Below, piece after piece: positions 29,515 to 38,882 of a stretch of 64,000 nt of DNA. The notes below the pieces were generated by a model that made no database searches, was not told the origin of the DNA, and saw only the letters and a program-made list of their open reading frames with translations. Numbering within the stretch: the stretch's first letter is position 1; each line of letters begins with the position of its first letter. The position numbers were made by a program, and so were the translations under genes. This DNA comes from Nitrosovibrio sp. Nv4 (GTDB lineage Bacteria; Pseudomonadota; Gammaproteobacteria; Burkholderiales; SG8-39): NCBI GenBank assembly GCA_945906765.1, contig CAMDRF010000001.1, positions 12,958 through 76,957 of the forward strand, in the 5' to 3' direction.

Positions 29515-30920
29515 TAGGTAACTCCTTTCAAGATGCGGTTGGCCAGTTGCTTGCCGAGTTCGACGCCCCACTGGTCGAAGGAATTGATGTTCCACAGCAC
29601 GCCTTGCGTGAAGACCTTGTGCTCATACAGTGCAATCAGCCGGCCAAGGTCGCGCGGCACGAAAGACCGGAATGCAAGGACGCTCGACGGGCGGTTGCCC
29701 TCGTGGCGCCGGTGCGCCGGCAACCCGGCGTCAGCTGTACCGTACGCAAGCGCGTCGGCCTGCGCGCGCGCATTGGCCGAAAGTACTTCGTTCACGGAGC
29801 AGTCGATGAAGTCCGCCGCCACGGGCTGGGGGCCCTGGTGCAGCAGCTGCATGAACGCGTGCTGCGCCGGCGTGCCTTCGGCGCCAAAGAGCACCGGGGT
29901 GGTGGCGTAGCCGACCGTGCGGCCTTCGCGGTCGATGCTCTTGCCGTTCGATTCCATCTCCAGTTGTTGCAGGTACGCTGGCAGCTGGCGCAGCCGGTGC
30001 GCGTAAGGCAGCACGGCGTGCGCGTGAATGCCGAGGAAGTTCACGTTCCAGACGCCGAGCAGCGCCATCAGCGCCGGCACATTGCTCGCCAGCGGTTCCT
30101 GCAGGAAGTGCTCGTCGATTTCGCGCGCGCCCGCCAAAAACTCGCTGAACGCGCTCTCGCCGACGGCCAGCAGTCCGGCAAAGCCAGCGGCCGACCAGAC
30201 CGAATAGCGGCCGCCGACCGAGTCCGGCATCTGCAGGATTTCGCTGGCGCCGAATTGTTCTGCAGCTTTGGCGTTTGCAGTTACCGCTATGAGGTTCTTG
30301 TATCCGAGACGGCGCGCGGCCGTGGCGTTCGAGATTGTTTCCAGAGTCGAAAAAGTCTTTGATACGGCGACAAGCAGCGTCGCGTCCGGTTCGGCGCCGG
30401 CGAGCGCGCGTTCCAGCTCGACCGGGTCGACGTTGGCGACGAAGCGCACATCCGGTGTGCCCGCATTTTCCGCGGATCCGAAGGCGTCCGCCAGCAGCCG
30501 CGGGCCGAGGTCGGAGCCGCCGGTGCCGAGATTGACGATTCTTTTGAATTTATTCTCGCTTCGAATCTTTGAGGCAAGACCTTGCATGCGAAAAAGAAGA
30601 TCCTGAACCTCTTTGGTCGCTGCGTCCCCGGCGCGCAGGGTGGTGTGCGTCGCCGTGTTGATTTCCTTTCCGGAAAAAAGCGCGGCGCGCCATTCATCGA
30701 AGCCGCGCTCGGTCGCGAGCTGGATCAGAAGGCGCAGCGTGAGCGCGCCCACGCGCTGGCGCGAATAGTCGAGCTGCACGCCCGGCGCTTCGGCGACCAG
30801 CTGCCGCGGGCGTCCCGGATCGCGCGCCAGCAATTCGGCGAGCCGCGCCTTGCGCCACGTGTCGGCGTGCGCCTCGAGTTTTTGCCAGGCGGGGCAGTCG
30901 AGGGGCGAAGTGGTGTTCAT
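29514..30920 (-). CDS. pgi: glucose-6-phosphate isomerase (compact 468-aa form)
   Basis: Motifs GTGGSDLGP, VGGRYSVWSA, QLEMESNGKS, GTPAQHAF and FDQWGVELGKQLA. It is shorter than the roughly 550-aa proteobacterial type. Confidence 0.8.
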   Translation of the reverse strand: MNTTSPLDCPAWQKLEAHADTWRKARLAELLARDPGRPRQLVAEAPGVQLDYSRQRVGALTLRLLIQLATERGFDEWRAALFSGKEINTATHTTLRAGDAATKEVQDLLFRMQGLASKIRSENKFKRIVNLGTGGSDLGPRLLADAFGSAENAGTPDVRFVANVDPVELERALAGAEPDATLLVAVSKTFSTLETISNATAARRLGYKNLIAVTANAKAAEQFGASEILQMPDSVGGRYSVWSAAGFAGLLAVGESAFSEFLAGAREIDEHFLQEPLASNVPALMALLGVWNVNFLGIHAHAVLPYAHRLRQLPAYLQQLEMESNGKSIDREGRTVGYATTPVLFGAEGTPAQHAFMQLLHQGPQPVAADFIDCSVNEVLSANARAQADALAYGTADAGLPAHRRHEGNRPSSVLAFRSFVPRDLGRLIALYEHKVFTQGVLWNINSFDQWGVELGKQLANRILKGVT

Positions 30921-30953
30921 TGAGCGCGCAGGCGTACGTTACACAGGCGCACG

Positions 30954-32579
30954 TTAGCCCGGCCCATAACGATACAGCCGGTAGCGCTCGCCGCGGTCGC
31001 CCGGCCGGCCGACGTCGGCCAGCTTGCGCCAGCCCGGTCCCGGGGTGATTTCCTGGCGCGGATGACCCTGGACGATGGTGTAGACGCATTTGGGCGCCCC
31101 CGGCGTGCCGGCCTGCGGTTGCGTGCGGAGGCCCGCGTGGTAGCTGAGCGCGGCGCGCTGCGGCGCGGCGAGCGAGGTTTGCGCGATGCAACCGGCGTTG
31201 GCGGGAATGCCGGATTTGAGCTGCAGCGCGACGCTGCGGTAACTCTTCACGTGGTCCGCCCATGGCATCCACAGCGTGGCGAAAGTTCCCCAGAGGAGCG
31301 CCACGCCCGCCGCCCAGCGCGTCACGCCGCGCGTCGGCGAAGGCGCGGTGAAGAGTATGAGGTAGACCCAGGCGAGCGTGAGCGCGAGCGCTGCGGCGAA
31401 CGGCAGCGGCTCGAAATGCGCGAGGAAGCCGGGCGCGGTCTTGGTGAAATTGTTCGCGATCCTCGGCGGCACGCCGCTCATCATCGCGATGTAACCGAGC
31501 CACACCAGCGCGGCGAAGAAGCTGAAGGTCATGACGCCGAACCAGTCGAGCAGGTTGGCCGCGCCGCGGCGCAGCCGCGCCACGCCGTGCGCGCCGAGCA
31601 GCGCCAGGGGCGCGAGCAGCACCATCGCGTTGATGTCCTGCTGCGGCCCGAGCCAGGCGATCGCCGGCAGCGCGAGCACGGCCGCGCACAGGGGGACAAA
31701 GATGCGAGGGGTACGAAATTCGCGCCGCAGCACCCACGCAGACCAGAGCGCGAGCGGCCAGGAGGGCCAGGCGAACCAGCTCGCGATGGAGAAGTAGTAG
31801 CGCAGATTGGGCCAGAATTCACCGCGCGCGTGCGTCGCGCCGAACCACCAGGACTGCGCGAGCTCCGGCGCGCGCAGGCTGAGCGCCAGCGGCCAGGAGC
31901 CGGCGACCAGCACGAATGCGGCGGCCGCCGCGGCGAGAAAACGCAGCGCGCGCGCATTGCGCCACTCATCGCAGGCGAGGTGCGCGAGCAGCGCGGCCGT
32001 TCCCAGCACCGCCGGTACCAGGGGGCCGGTGGACAGGAACGCGATGCCGAGAGACGCGCCGAACGCCAATCCCTTTTTGGCTGATTTTTCATGGCTGCCA
32101 GTCAAAAACAGGAGGGCGGCGCAGGCAGCGGCTAGCGTCGCAAGATCGGGCACCGCCTCGTGCGCGTGCACGATCAGGCCGACCGAGCCCAGCAGCAGCA
32201 GGGTGGCGCTTGCGCCGTTGGTCCGGCCTTCGCCCTTCAATGAGGAATGTCTCGAAGCCAGATACAAAAACCACAAAGCAGCCATCACAAACAGCCCGCT
32301 CGCGAGGCGCACCGCGTTATGGAATCCGAACAACCAGCCGAAGGCCTTGGCGAAGGCGAGGGCGAGCCAGTGGTAGAGCGGCGGGTCTTCGAGCCAGGGT
32401 TCGCCGGCGATGCGCGGCACGACCCAGTCCCCCGAGAGGTGCATCTGTTGCACGATCTCGATCGCGATGACGTCGAACGCGCGCCACGGGTCGTGCTCGA
32501 CCAGGCCCGGCGCGACGAACGCCAGGGCGATCAGGACAAGTACAGTGTGCGAGGGCGGGAGCGCTAGGCGGGGCAGCAT
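30954..32579 (-). CDS. ArnT/PMT-like membrane glycosyltransferase (GT39/GT83-type)
   Basis: 541 aa, more than 10 predicted TM helices. The N-terminal loop ...GEPWLEDPPLYHWL... is typical of this family. Confidence 0.7.
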   Translation of the reverse strand: MLPRLALPPSHTVLVLIALAFVAPGLVEHDPWRAFDVIAIEIVQQMHLSGDWVVPRIAGEPWLEDPPLYHWLALAFAKAFGWLFGFHNAVRLASGLFVMAALWFLYLASRHSSLKGEGRTNGASATLLLLGSVGLIVHAHEAVPDLATLAAACAALLFLTGSHEKSAKKGLAFGASLGIAFLSTGPLVPAVLGTAALLAHLACDEWRNARALRFLAAAAAAFVLVAGSWPLALSLRAPELAQSWWFGATHARGEFWPNLRYYFSIASWFAWPSWPLALWSAWVLRREFRTPRIFVPLCAAVLALPAIAWLGPQQDINAMVLLAPLALLGAHGVARLRRGAANLLDWFGVMTFSFFAALVWLGYIAMMSGVPPRIANNFTKTAPGFLAHFEPLPFAAALALTLAWVYLILFTAPSPTRGVTRWAAGVALLWGTFATLWMPWADHVKSYRSVALQLKSGIPANAGCIAQTSLAAPQRAALSYHAGLRTQPQAGTPGAPKCVYTIVQGHPRQEITPGPGWRKLADVGRPGDRGERYRLYRYGPG

Positions 32580-32616
32580 GGACCCCGAAGACCCGGCAAA
32601 GGTCTTCTCCTTGCGG

Positions 32617-32877
32617 CTAGGCCGGCGTTTTCTTGCTGTAGCGGCGCTTGAATTTCTCGACCCGGCCGGCGGTGTCCATCACCTTCTGCTTGCCGGTGTA
32701 GTGCGGGTGCGACTCGGACGAGATTTCGACCTTGATCACCGGATATTCCTTGCCGTCGGTCCACTTCATCGTCTCGCGGCCCTTGGTGTCGATCGAGGCG
32801 CGCGTGAGGAAGGAGAAGTTGGCCGCGGTGTCATGGAAGATCACCGGCTGGTAGCTGGGGTGGATGCCTGTTTTCAT
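32617..32877 (-). CDS. rpmE2: 50S ribosomal protein L31, type B (no zinc ribbon)
   Basis: MKTGIHPSYQPVIFHD...HPHYTGKQK, with no CxxC motif. Confidence 0.92.
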   Translation of the reverse strand: MKTGIHPSYQPVIFHDTAANFSFLTRASIDTKGRETMKWTDGKEYPVIKVEISSESHPHYTGKQKVMDTAGRVEKFKRRYSKKTPA

Positions 32878-32917
32878 GGGGCGCTTTGGTCTGGGTCAGT
32901 GATCAAAAAGGGCGCTG

Positions 32918-32925
32918 ATTATACA
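32918..32925 (-). promoter_or_regulatory. extended -10 element (TGtATAAT) upstream of rpmE2
   Basis: The minus strand reads ...ATGTATAATCAGC... about 40 nt before the rpmE2 ATG. It is embedded in the palindrome TGATT-N9-AATCA. Confidence 0.35.
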
Positions 32926-32946
32926 TAAAAATCAACCTGTTTGGTG

Positions 32947-34206
32947 TCAACCCCGGCGCATGGATTCGAAGAACTCGGCGTTCTGCTTGGTGGCCTTGAC
33001 CTTGTCGATGAGGAACTCGGCCGCTTCGAGTTCGTCCATCGGGTAGAGCAGCTTCCGCAGCACCCAGATCTTCTGCAGCAGTTCCTTCGGGATCAGCAGT
33101 TCCTCGCGCCGGGTGCCGGAGCGGTTGACGTTGATCGCCGGGAAAATGCGCTTCTCATGCATGCGCCGGTCGAGGTGGATTTCCAGGTTGCCGGTGCCCT
33201 TGAATTCCTCGTAGATCACGTCGTCCATGCGGCTGCCGGTGTCGATGAGGGCCGTCGCGATGATGGTGAGCGAGCCGCCTTCCTCGACATTCCTCGCGGC
33301 GCCGAAGAAACGCTTCGGCTTCTGCAGTGCATTCGCGTCCACGCCGCCCGTGAGCACCTTGCCCGAGGCCGGCTGCACCGCGTTGTAGGCGCGCGCTAGG
33401 CGGGTGATGGAATCGAGCAGGATGACGACGTCTTTCTTGTGCTCGACCAGGCGCTTGGCCTTCTCGATGACCATTTCGGCGACCTGCACGTGGCGCGAGG
33501 CCGGCTCGTCGAAGGTCGAGGCGACCACTTCGCCGCGCACCGAGCGCGACATCTCGGTCACCTCTTCAGGGCGCTCGTCGATCAGCAGCACGATCAGCGC
33601 GACCTCCGGGTGATTGGCGACGATGGCGTGCGCGATGTGCTGCAGCATCACGGTCTTGCCGGCCTTGGGCGGCGAGACGATCAGGCCGCGCTGGCCTTTG
33701 CCGATCGGCGCGATGATGTCGATGATGCGGCCGGTGATGTTCTCCTCGGCCTTGATCTCGCGCTCCAGCTTGAACGCCTTGTCCGGATGCAGCGGGGTGA
33801 GGTTCTCGAACAGGATCTTGTGCTTGACCGCGTCGGGCGCCTCGCCGTTGACCTTGTCCACCTTGACCAGGGCAAAGTAGCGCTCGCCGTCCTTCGGCGT
33901 GCGGATCTCGCCCTCGATGGTGTCGCCGGTGTGCAGGTTGAAGCGGCGGATCTGCGAGGGGCTGACGTAAATGTCGTCGGTGCTCGCCAGGTAGGATGTA
34001 TCGGGCGAGCGCAGGAAGCCGAAGCCGTCGGGCAGTACTTCCAGTGTGCCGTCGCCGAAGATGGATTCGCCTTTCTTCGCCTGGGTCTTGAGCATCGCGA
34101 AGATGAGGTCCTGCTTGCGCATCCGGTTGGCGCCTTCGACGCCATTGGTGGTCGCCGTCTCGAGCAGTTCGGAGACGTGGAGGTTCTTAAGTTCTGAGAG
34201 TTGCAT
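32947..34206 (-). CDS. rho: transcription termination factor Rho
   Basis: [16 protein letters not shown]... and Walker A PPKAGKT, 419 aa. The ORF-track start at 34362 is an upstream extension with no homology. Confidence 0.97.
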   Translation of the reverse strand: MQLSELKNLHVSELLETATTNGVEGANRMRKQDLIFAMLKTQAKKGESIFGDGTLEVLPDGFGFLRSPDTSYLASTDDIYVSPSQIRRFNLHTGDTIEGEIRTPKDGERYFALVKVDKVNGEAPDAVKHKILFENLTPLHPDKAFKLEREIKAEENITGRIIDIIAPIGKGQRGLIVSPPKAGKTVMLQHIAHAIVANHPEVALIVLLIDERPEEVTEMSRSVRGEVVASTFDEPASRHVQVAEMVIEKAKRLVEHKKDVVILLDSITRLARAYNAVQPASGKVLTGGVDANALQKPKRFFGAARNVEEGGSLTIIATALIDTGSRMDDVIYEEFKGTGNLEIHLDRRMHEKRIFPAINVNRSGTRREELLIPKELLQKIWVLRKLLYPMDELEAAEFLIDKVKATKQNAEFFESMRRG

Positions 34207-34325
34207 GAGTTTCGCAGTGATACGGCATGAATTGAATGGAATCCGGCCAGTGCTGCTGCCGATATTTCTTCTAGAGGAAGATGCGCTTGACCCTGCGCTG
34301 GGAGGGGAAGCAAACCCCGAAGACC

Positions 34326-34351
34326 CCGCGCCGTCGTCCAATCCGGCGCGG
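34326..34351 (-). other. GC hairpin in the trxA-rho intergenic region / rho leader
   Basis: CCGCGCCG-N10-CGGCGCGG (8-bp stem) with no U-tract. It lies in the 168-nt rho leader. Confidence 0.4.
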
Positions 34352-34374
34352 TTACGACTCAAAGAGTATGGTTT

Positions 34375-34704
34375 TTAGATATTGCTGTCAAGGAACGCGG
34401 TGAGCTGGGACTTGGACAGCGCACCGACCTTGGTGGCTTCCACGTTGCCGTTCTTGAACAACATCAGGGTGGGGATGCCGCGAATGCCGAACCTGGCCGG
34501 CGTCGACTGGTTCTCATCGACGTTGATCTTGGCGACCTTGAGGCGGCCGCCGTATTCCTTGGCCACCGCCTCCAGGATCGGGGCGATCGACTTGCAGGGG
34601 CCGCACCATTCGGCCCAGTAATCCACCAGCACCGGGACCTCGGACTTGAGGACCTCAGGTTCGAAATTGTCGTCCGTAATATGCTGAATATTGGAACCGC
34701 TCAT
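34375..34704 (-). CDS. trxA: thioredoxin
   Basis: [14 protein letters not shown] active site, 109 aa. Confidence 0.97.
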   Translation of the reverse strand: MSGSNIQHITDDNFEPEVLKSEVPVLVDYWAEWCGPCKSIAPILEAVAKEYGGRLKVAKINVDENQSTPARFGIRGIPTLMLFKNGNVEATKVGALSKSQLTAFLDSNI

Positions 34705-34810
34705 GACACCTCTGTAGTGGGGGTAACGCAGGAGCGCTTATTATGAGGCTTGCCAAGCCTTGTCGGCAGCCCTATGTTAAAACGTTGATTCAAATAACTT
34801 TATTAATCAC

Positions 34811-35137
34811 ATGACCTACGTCGTCACCGAGTCCTGCATCAAGTGCAAGTACACCGACTGCGTCGATATCTGCCCGGTGGACTGCTTCAAGGAAGGGCCG
34901 AACATGCTGGTCATCGACCCTGAAGAATGCATCGACTGCACCCTGTGCGTGGCCGAGTGCCCGGTGGAGGCGATCTTCGCCGAGGACGACGTGCCCGATG
35001 GCCAGCAGGAATGGATTGCCTTGAATAAAGAGCTGGCGGCTGGCTGGCAACCCCTCATCGCAAGGCAGCCCGCTCCCCCGGATGCCGACGCGTGGGCCAA
35101 GGTCAAGGACAAGAAGCATCTTCTGGAGCGGGGATGA
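34811..35137 (+). CDS. fdxA: 7Fe ferredoxin (Azotobacter FdxA type)
   Basis: MTYVVTESCIKCKYTDCVDICPVDCF...CIDCTLCVAECP. Confidence 0.93.
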   Translation: MTYVVTESCIKCKYTDCVDICPVDCFKEGPNMLVIDPEECIDCTLCVAECPVEAIFAEDDVPDGQQEWIALNKELAAGWQPLIARQPAPPDADAWAKVKDKKHLLERG

Positions 35138-35994
35138 AACTATTTTGGGGCCTGTTGTTGTCCGGTTTCCTGATCGGAAATGCATCGGGGCAGAACCCAT
35201 TTAGCATCCTCGGCAAGGCCGTGACCACTTCCATGGACGCCCGCACCAAGTCCGAAGTGACCGCCGACGCCGAAATCGGCGCCGGCGCGTCCAAGCGCCT
35301 GCTGGACAACAAGAAGGCGGAGTGGGCGGGGGTGACCGTGCTCGTCTTCGCGCAGCACGCGGTGATCGCGGGCGCGGTCAAATCGGCGGAGGTGAAGAAG
35401 CTGGTCGAGGAAATCGTCAAGCGCGATCCGAAGCTGCGCTCGACCCGGAATGAGCTCCTGGTGGGCGATATCGGCAGCCTCGCTCGCGATACCGCGCTGG
35501 AGGCGGAGATCAACGCCAAGCTCACCGCGGCGAAGGGCGTCTCGTCGGTCAACATGCAACTGAGCTACCAGACTGCCTTCAGCCCCCGCAGCTTGCGCAG
35601 TTCGGCATCGGCCGTGACCAGCGGAACGCCGTATTCGAGCGCCGTCGCAGCGACGAGGCGATCGGCAGGGTCGCCATGGCGAAACGCGTCCGATTGCGCG
35701 AGGACGGCAATTTCCGGCGTGATCGGCAGGGTGCGGATGTGGCGCGCCTGGAGCAGGTCGCTGATGAAGGCGGCGGGATCACCGCGCGCGTCGATTTTGC
35801 CCCTTGCGGCCAGCATCGCCATTTCCCACAGGCAGATGTCGCTGCAGGCGAGGCTGCGCGATTCGGTGCCCTCGGCCAGGGCCTGCTTCGCCCGGCGCGA
35901 AAGGCGCCTGGGTTCCAGGGCATCGAACACCATGACCTGGGTGTCCAGGGTGATCAACGCTCTGCGTCCCAGGTTTCCTTCGGCATTTTCATGA
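35134..35994 (+). pseudogene. DolP/YraP-like dual-BON protein, second BON domain truncated; ORF tail is antisense read-through of vapC
   Basis: Signal peptide, one complete BON domain (DAEIGAGASKRLL...VKSAEVKKLVEEIVKRDPKLRSTRNELLV) and the start of a second (DTALEAEINAKLTAAKGVSSVNMQ). Homology stops at about 35559, 6 nt before the vapC stop codon. Confidence 0.6.
35565..35957 (-). CDS. vapC: type II toxin VapC (PIN domain)
   Basis: MITLDTQVMVFDALEP...LVAATALEYGVPLVTADAELRKL, 130 aa. Confidence 0.85.
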   Translation of the reverse strand: MITLDTQVMVFDALEPRRLSRRAKQALAEGTESRSLACSDICLWEMAMLAARGKIDARGDPAAFISDLLQARHIRTLPITPEIAVLAQSDAFRHGDPADRLVAATALEYGVPLVTADAELRKLRGLKAVW

Positions 35995-36190
35995 TGTCGC
36001 CGACGATACGCGCCCCGTTCTTGCGCATTTCCGCCAGCCGCTTGCGCGCCGCCTCGGCGCGATCCTGCTCCGGGACGATGCGCGCCACCACCTTGCCGTG
36101 GACCATGACCTCGATTTCCTCGCCGCGCTTCACGCGCGCGAGATAGGCCGGGAGATTCTGGCGCAGCTCCGTAACCTTGACCTTGGGCAT
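35954..36190 (-). CDS. Phd/YefM family antitoxin
   Basis: MPKVKVTELRQNLPAYLARVKRGEEIEVMVHGKVVARIVP... overlaps the vapC start by 4 nt. Confidence 0.8.
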   Translation of the reverse strand: MPKVKVTELRQNLPAYLARVKRGEEIEVMVHGKVVARIVPEQDRAEAARKRLAEMRKNGARIVGDIMKMPKETWDAER

Positions 36191-36269
36191 GGGGTTTCCT
36201 TTATGTACATAAAAATTGTACATAACGCGGGCCTCGGCGGCAAGACCGAGGGGCTATCATTGCGCCCGC

Positions 36270-38882
36270 ATGCCCGGCCAGGAGATCGCTAAACAGGAGC
36301 TGTTCGTCGGCCTGGCCGAAAGCCGGGTGGGGGAGGATGCGCGCGGCATCACCGTCGTCACGCCCAACCGACGCCTGGCCCAGGTGCTGAAGTCCGAATT
36401 CGATGCCTTCCAGGCAAGCAAGGGTCTTGCCGTATGGCAAGACGCGGACATCCTGCCCCTTGAGGCATTCGTCGGCCGTTGCTACGAGGACGCCTTGTAC
36501 TCGGAAGAAGCCGCCTCGGGCGGCAGCCTGCCGATGCTCCTTTCCGACACGCAGTCGCGCGCGCTCTGGGAGGAAGCGATCCGCGGCTCGCGCTGGAGCG
36601 GCGCGCTGCTCGACGTGCCGCAGACCGCGGCCCGCGCGCAGGAATCCTGGCAACGGGCGCAGGCCTGGCGCATCGCGGGCGCCCTGGAAAAATTCGAGGC
36701 AACCGAAGACACGCGCGCCTTCGCCGACTGGGCCCGGGCCTACGCGCGCCGCCTGAAGAAGGACGGCCTCATCGATGCGTCCCTCCTTGCGGATCTTGAT
36801 CTGAAGAACAAATTCAAAAGCCCCGCACTGCTCGTCGCCTACGCCTTCGACGTACTGCCGCCGCAGACCGGGGATTTGTTTGCGCGTTTTGAATGGGTTT
36901 CCTGCGCCCCTGAAAGGAAAAATCCGGTTCTGAAAAAAACCTCGTTTGCCTCGCCGCGCGACGAGCTCGAAAGTGCGGCACGCTGGGGGCGCGCGCGGCT
37001 GGCGCAAGGCAAGGAACGCATCGGCGTTGTGGTGCCCGACCTGAAGCTGCGCCGGCGCGAGGTGGCGCGCGTATTCGCGCGCGTCATGGGCTCGTCCCTG
37101 CCGTTCGAGCTTTCCATCGGCGAGCCGCTGGGCAACTACCCCCTGGTTGCCTTTGCATTGAACCTTCTTGAATTTTCCCAGGGTGAAAAACCCTATGAAG
37201 AGGTGAGTCGCATCCTGCGCTCGCCTTTCCTCGCCGGCGCGGAGGGCGAGATGGCGGCGCGCGCGCGGCTCGACGCGAAGCTGCGGCGCGACGCAGGCGC
37301 GGAGATTTCCCTGGCGAAATTGACCGGCATGGTTGGCGGGAGTTTGTCTTTGCGCTTGATTTTGGAATCCTTATTCAAGAAATCAAAAGAAAAAGAAGGA
37401 AAACCTCTCTCCCCGCACGACTGGGCGCAGCACTACACCGCGCTGCTGGATGCGGCGGGCTTTCCCGGGGATCGCGTGCCCGATTCGGCCGAATTCCAGG
37501 CGCGCGCCAGGTTCAACGAGACGCTGGGCGAATTTGCCCGGCTGAGCCTTGTCACTTCCGGAATTTCCGCCCGGGACGCCTTGCGCCAGTTGCGCCGGCT
37601 GTGCGCGGAGACGCTGTTCCAGCCCGAGGGCGTGGGGGCGCCGGTACAGGTGCTGGGCCTGCTCGAATCCGCCGGCATCGAGTTCGACGCGCTCTGGGTA
37701 AGCGGGCTCACCGACGGCGCCTGGCCGCAGCGCGCGCATGCGGATCCCTTCCTGCCCGTGATGCTGCAGCGGCAGGCCGGCATCCCGGAAGCGTTCGCCG
37801 AACCCTCGCTCGCGCTCGACCGGCGCCGCACCGAGGGCTGGCTGGGGGCTGCGCACGAGGTGGTGTTCTCCTGGGCGCGGCGCGAAGAGGACCGCGAGCT
37901 CTCGCCCAGCCCGCTCATCGCGCAAGTGCCGGAAGGGATTGTCGATCTGCCGTTTCTGATTTCGTACAGGGATTTGATTTTCAAAAACGGAAAAACGGAA
38001 ACGTTCACGGACGAGAAAGCCCCGCTGCTTGCAAACAAGTCGGTGCGCGGCGGCACCCGCGTGCTCGCCGACCAGGCCGCGTGCCCGTTCCGCGCCTACG
38101 CGCGCCACCGCCTCGGCGCCGAGGCATTGGACGCGCCCGAACCGGGACTCGATGCGATGCAGCGCGGTCAGCTGCTGCACGCGCTGATGGCGGGGATCTG
38201 GGGCGAATTGAAGAGCAAAGCGGGTTTGGATGGCGATGTTTCTCTCGTCATTTCCAGGAGTGCGGAAAAAGCAGTAAGGGAAATGGAAATAGAAGGCCGC
38301 TTCGCTGAGTTGGAAGTACAGCGGCTGGTCCGCCTGGCGGGCGAGTGGCTCGACGTCGAGCGCGAACGTCCGGCTTTTGAGGTTATTCATATAGAACAAA
38401 AAAAGACACTTGAAGTCGGCGGTCTCTCATTGAACGGCCGCATCGACCGCATGGATCGACTCGAAGGCGGCACGCACGCCATCATCGACTACAAGACCGG
38501 CAGCCGCGCGACGCCGAACGACTGGATGGGCGAGCGGCCCGATGAACCGCAGCTGCCGCTCTACGTCATCACCGCGAACGTCAACGTCTCGGCGGTCGCG
38601 TTCGCGAAGCTGAAGACCGGCGACATGAAGTTCACCGGCTTGTCCCTGCGGGAAAACGAGATACCGGGCGTCAAGCCCGCCAAGTCCTGGCCCGGCCTGA
38701 TCCAGTACTGGAAGACGGAACTCGAAAAACTGGCCTCGGGTTTCGCGCAGGGCGAAGCGCGTGTCGATCCCAAAAAAGGCCTCGCCACCTGCCGCAACTG
38801 CGATTTGCAGCCGTTGTGCCGCGTGCACGAGCGCCTCAGCGCCCTCGCGGACGTAGAGGAGGGCGATGACTCTCATGGCTGA
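36270..38882 (+). CDS. addB: AddB-type PD-(D/E)XK nuclease subunit with Fe-S cysteines
   Basis: 870 aa. The C-terminal nuclease core is GRIDRMD...AIIDYKTG. The four-Cys set is AACPFRAY ... CRNCDLQPLC. It is followed by an overlapping UvrD-type helicase gene. Confidence 0.75.
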   Translation: MPGQEIAKQELFVGLAESRVGEDARGITVVTPNRRLAQVLKSEFDAFQASKGLAVWQDADILPLEAFVGRCYEDALYSEEAASGGSLPMLLSDTQSRALWEEAIRGSRWSGALLDVPQTAARAQESWQRAQAWRIAGALEKFEATEDTRAFADWARAYARRLKKDGLIDASLLADLDLKNKFKSPALLVAYAFDVLPPQTGDLFARFEWVSCAPERKNPVLKKTSFASPRDELESAARWGRARLAQGKERIGVVVPDLKLRRREVARVFARVMGSSLPFELSIGEPLGNYPLVAFALNLLEFSQGEKPYEEVSRILRSPFLAGAEGEMAARARLDAKLRRDAGAEISLAKLTGMVGGSLSLRLILESLFKKSKEKEGKPLSPHDWAQHYTALLDAAGFPGDRVPDSAEFQARARFNETLGEFARLSLVTSGISARDALRQLRRLCAETLFQPEGVGAPVQVLGLLESAGIEFDALWVSGLTDGAWPQRAHADPFLPVMLQRQAGIPEAFAEPSLALDRRRTEGWLGAAHEVVFSWARREEDRELSPSPLIAQVPEGIVDLPFLISYRDLIFKNGKTETFTDEKAPLLANKSVRGGTRVLADQAACPFRAYARHRLGAEALDAPEPGLDAMQRGQLLHALMAGIWGELKSKAGLDGDVSLVISRSAEKAVREMEIEGRFAELEVQRLVRLAGEWLDVERERPAFEVIHIEQKKTLEVGGLSLNGRIDRMDRLEGGTHAIIDYKTGSRATPNDWMGERPDEPQLPLYVITANVNVSAVAFAKLKTGDMKFTGLSLRENEIPGVKPAKSWPGLIQYWKTELEKLASGFAQGEARVDPKKGLATCRNCDLQPLCRVHERLSALADVEEGDDSHG

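Noticed and set aside
36224-36269. Hairpin CCTCGG-N8-CCGAGG between the antitoxin and addB as a terminator
   Set aside because: The stem is short and no T-tract is present on either strand. It is more likely incidental or part of the TA promoter/operator region.
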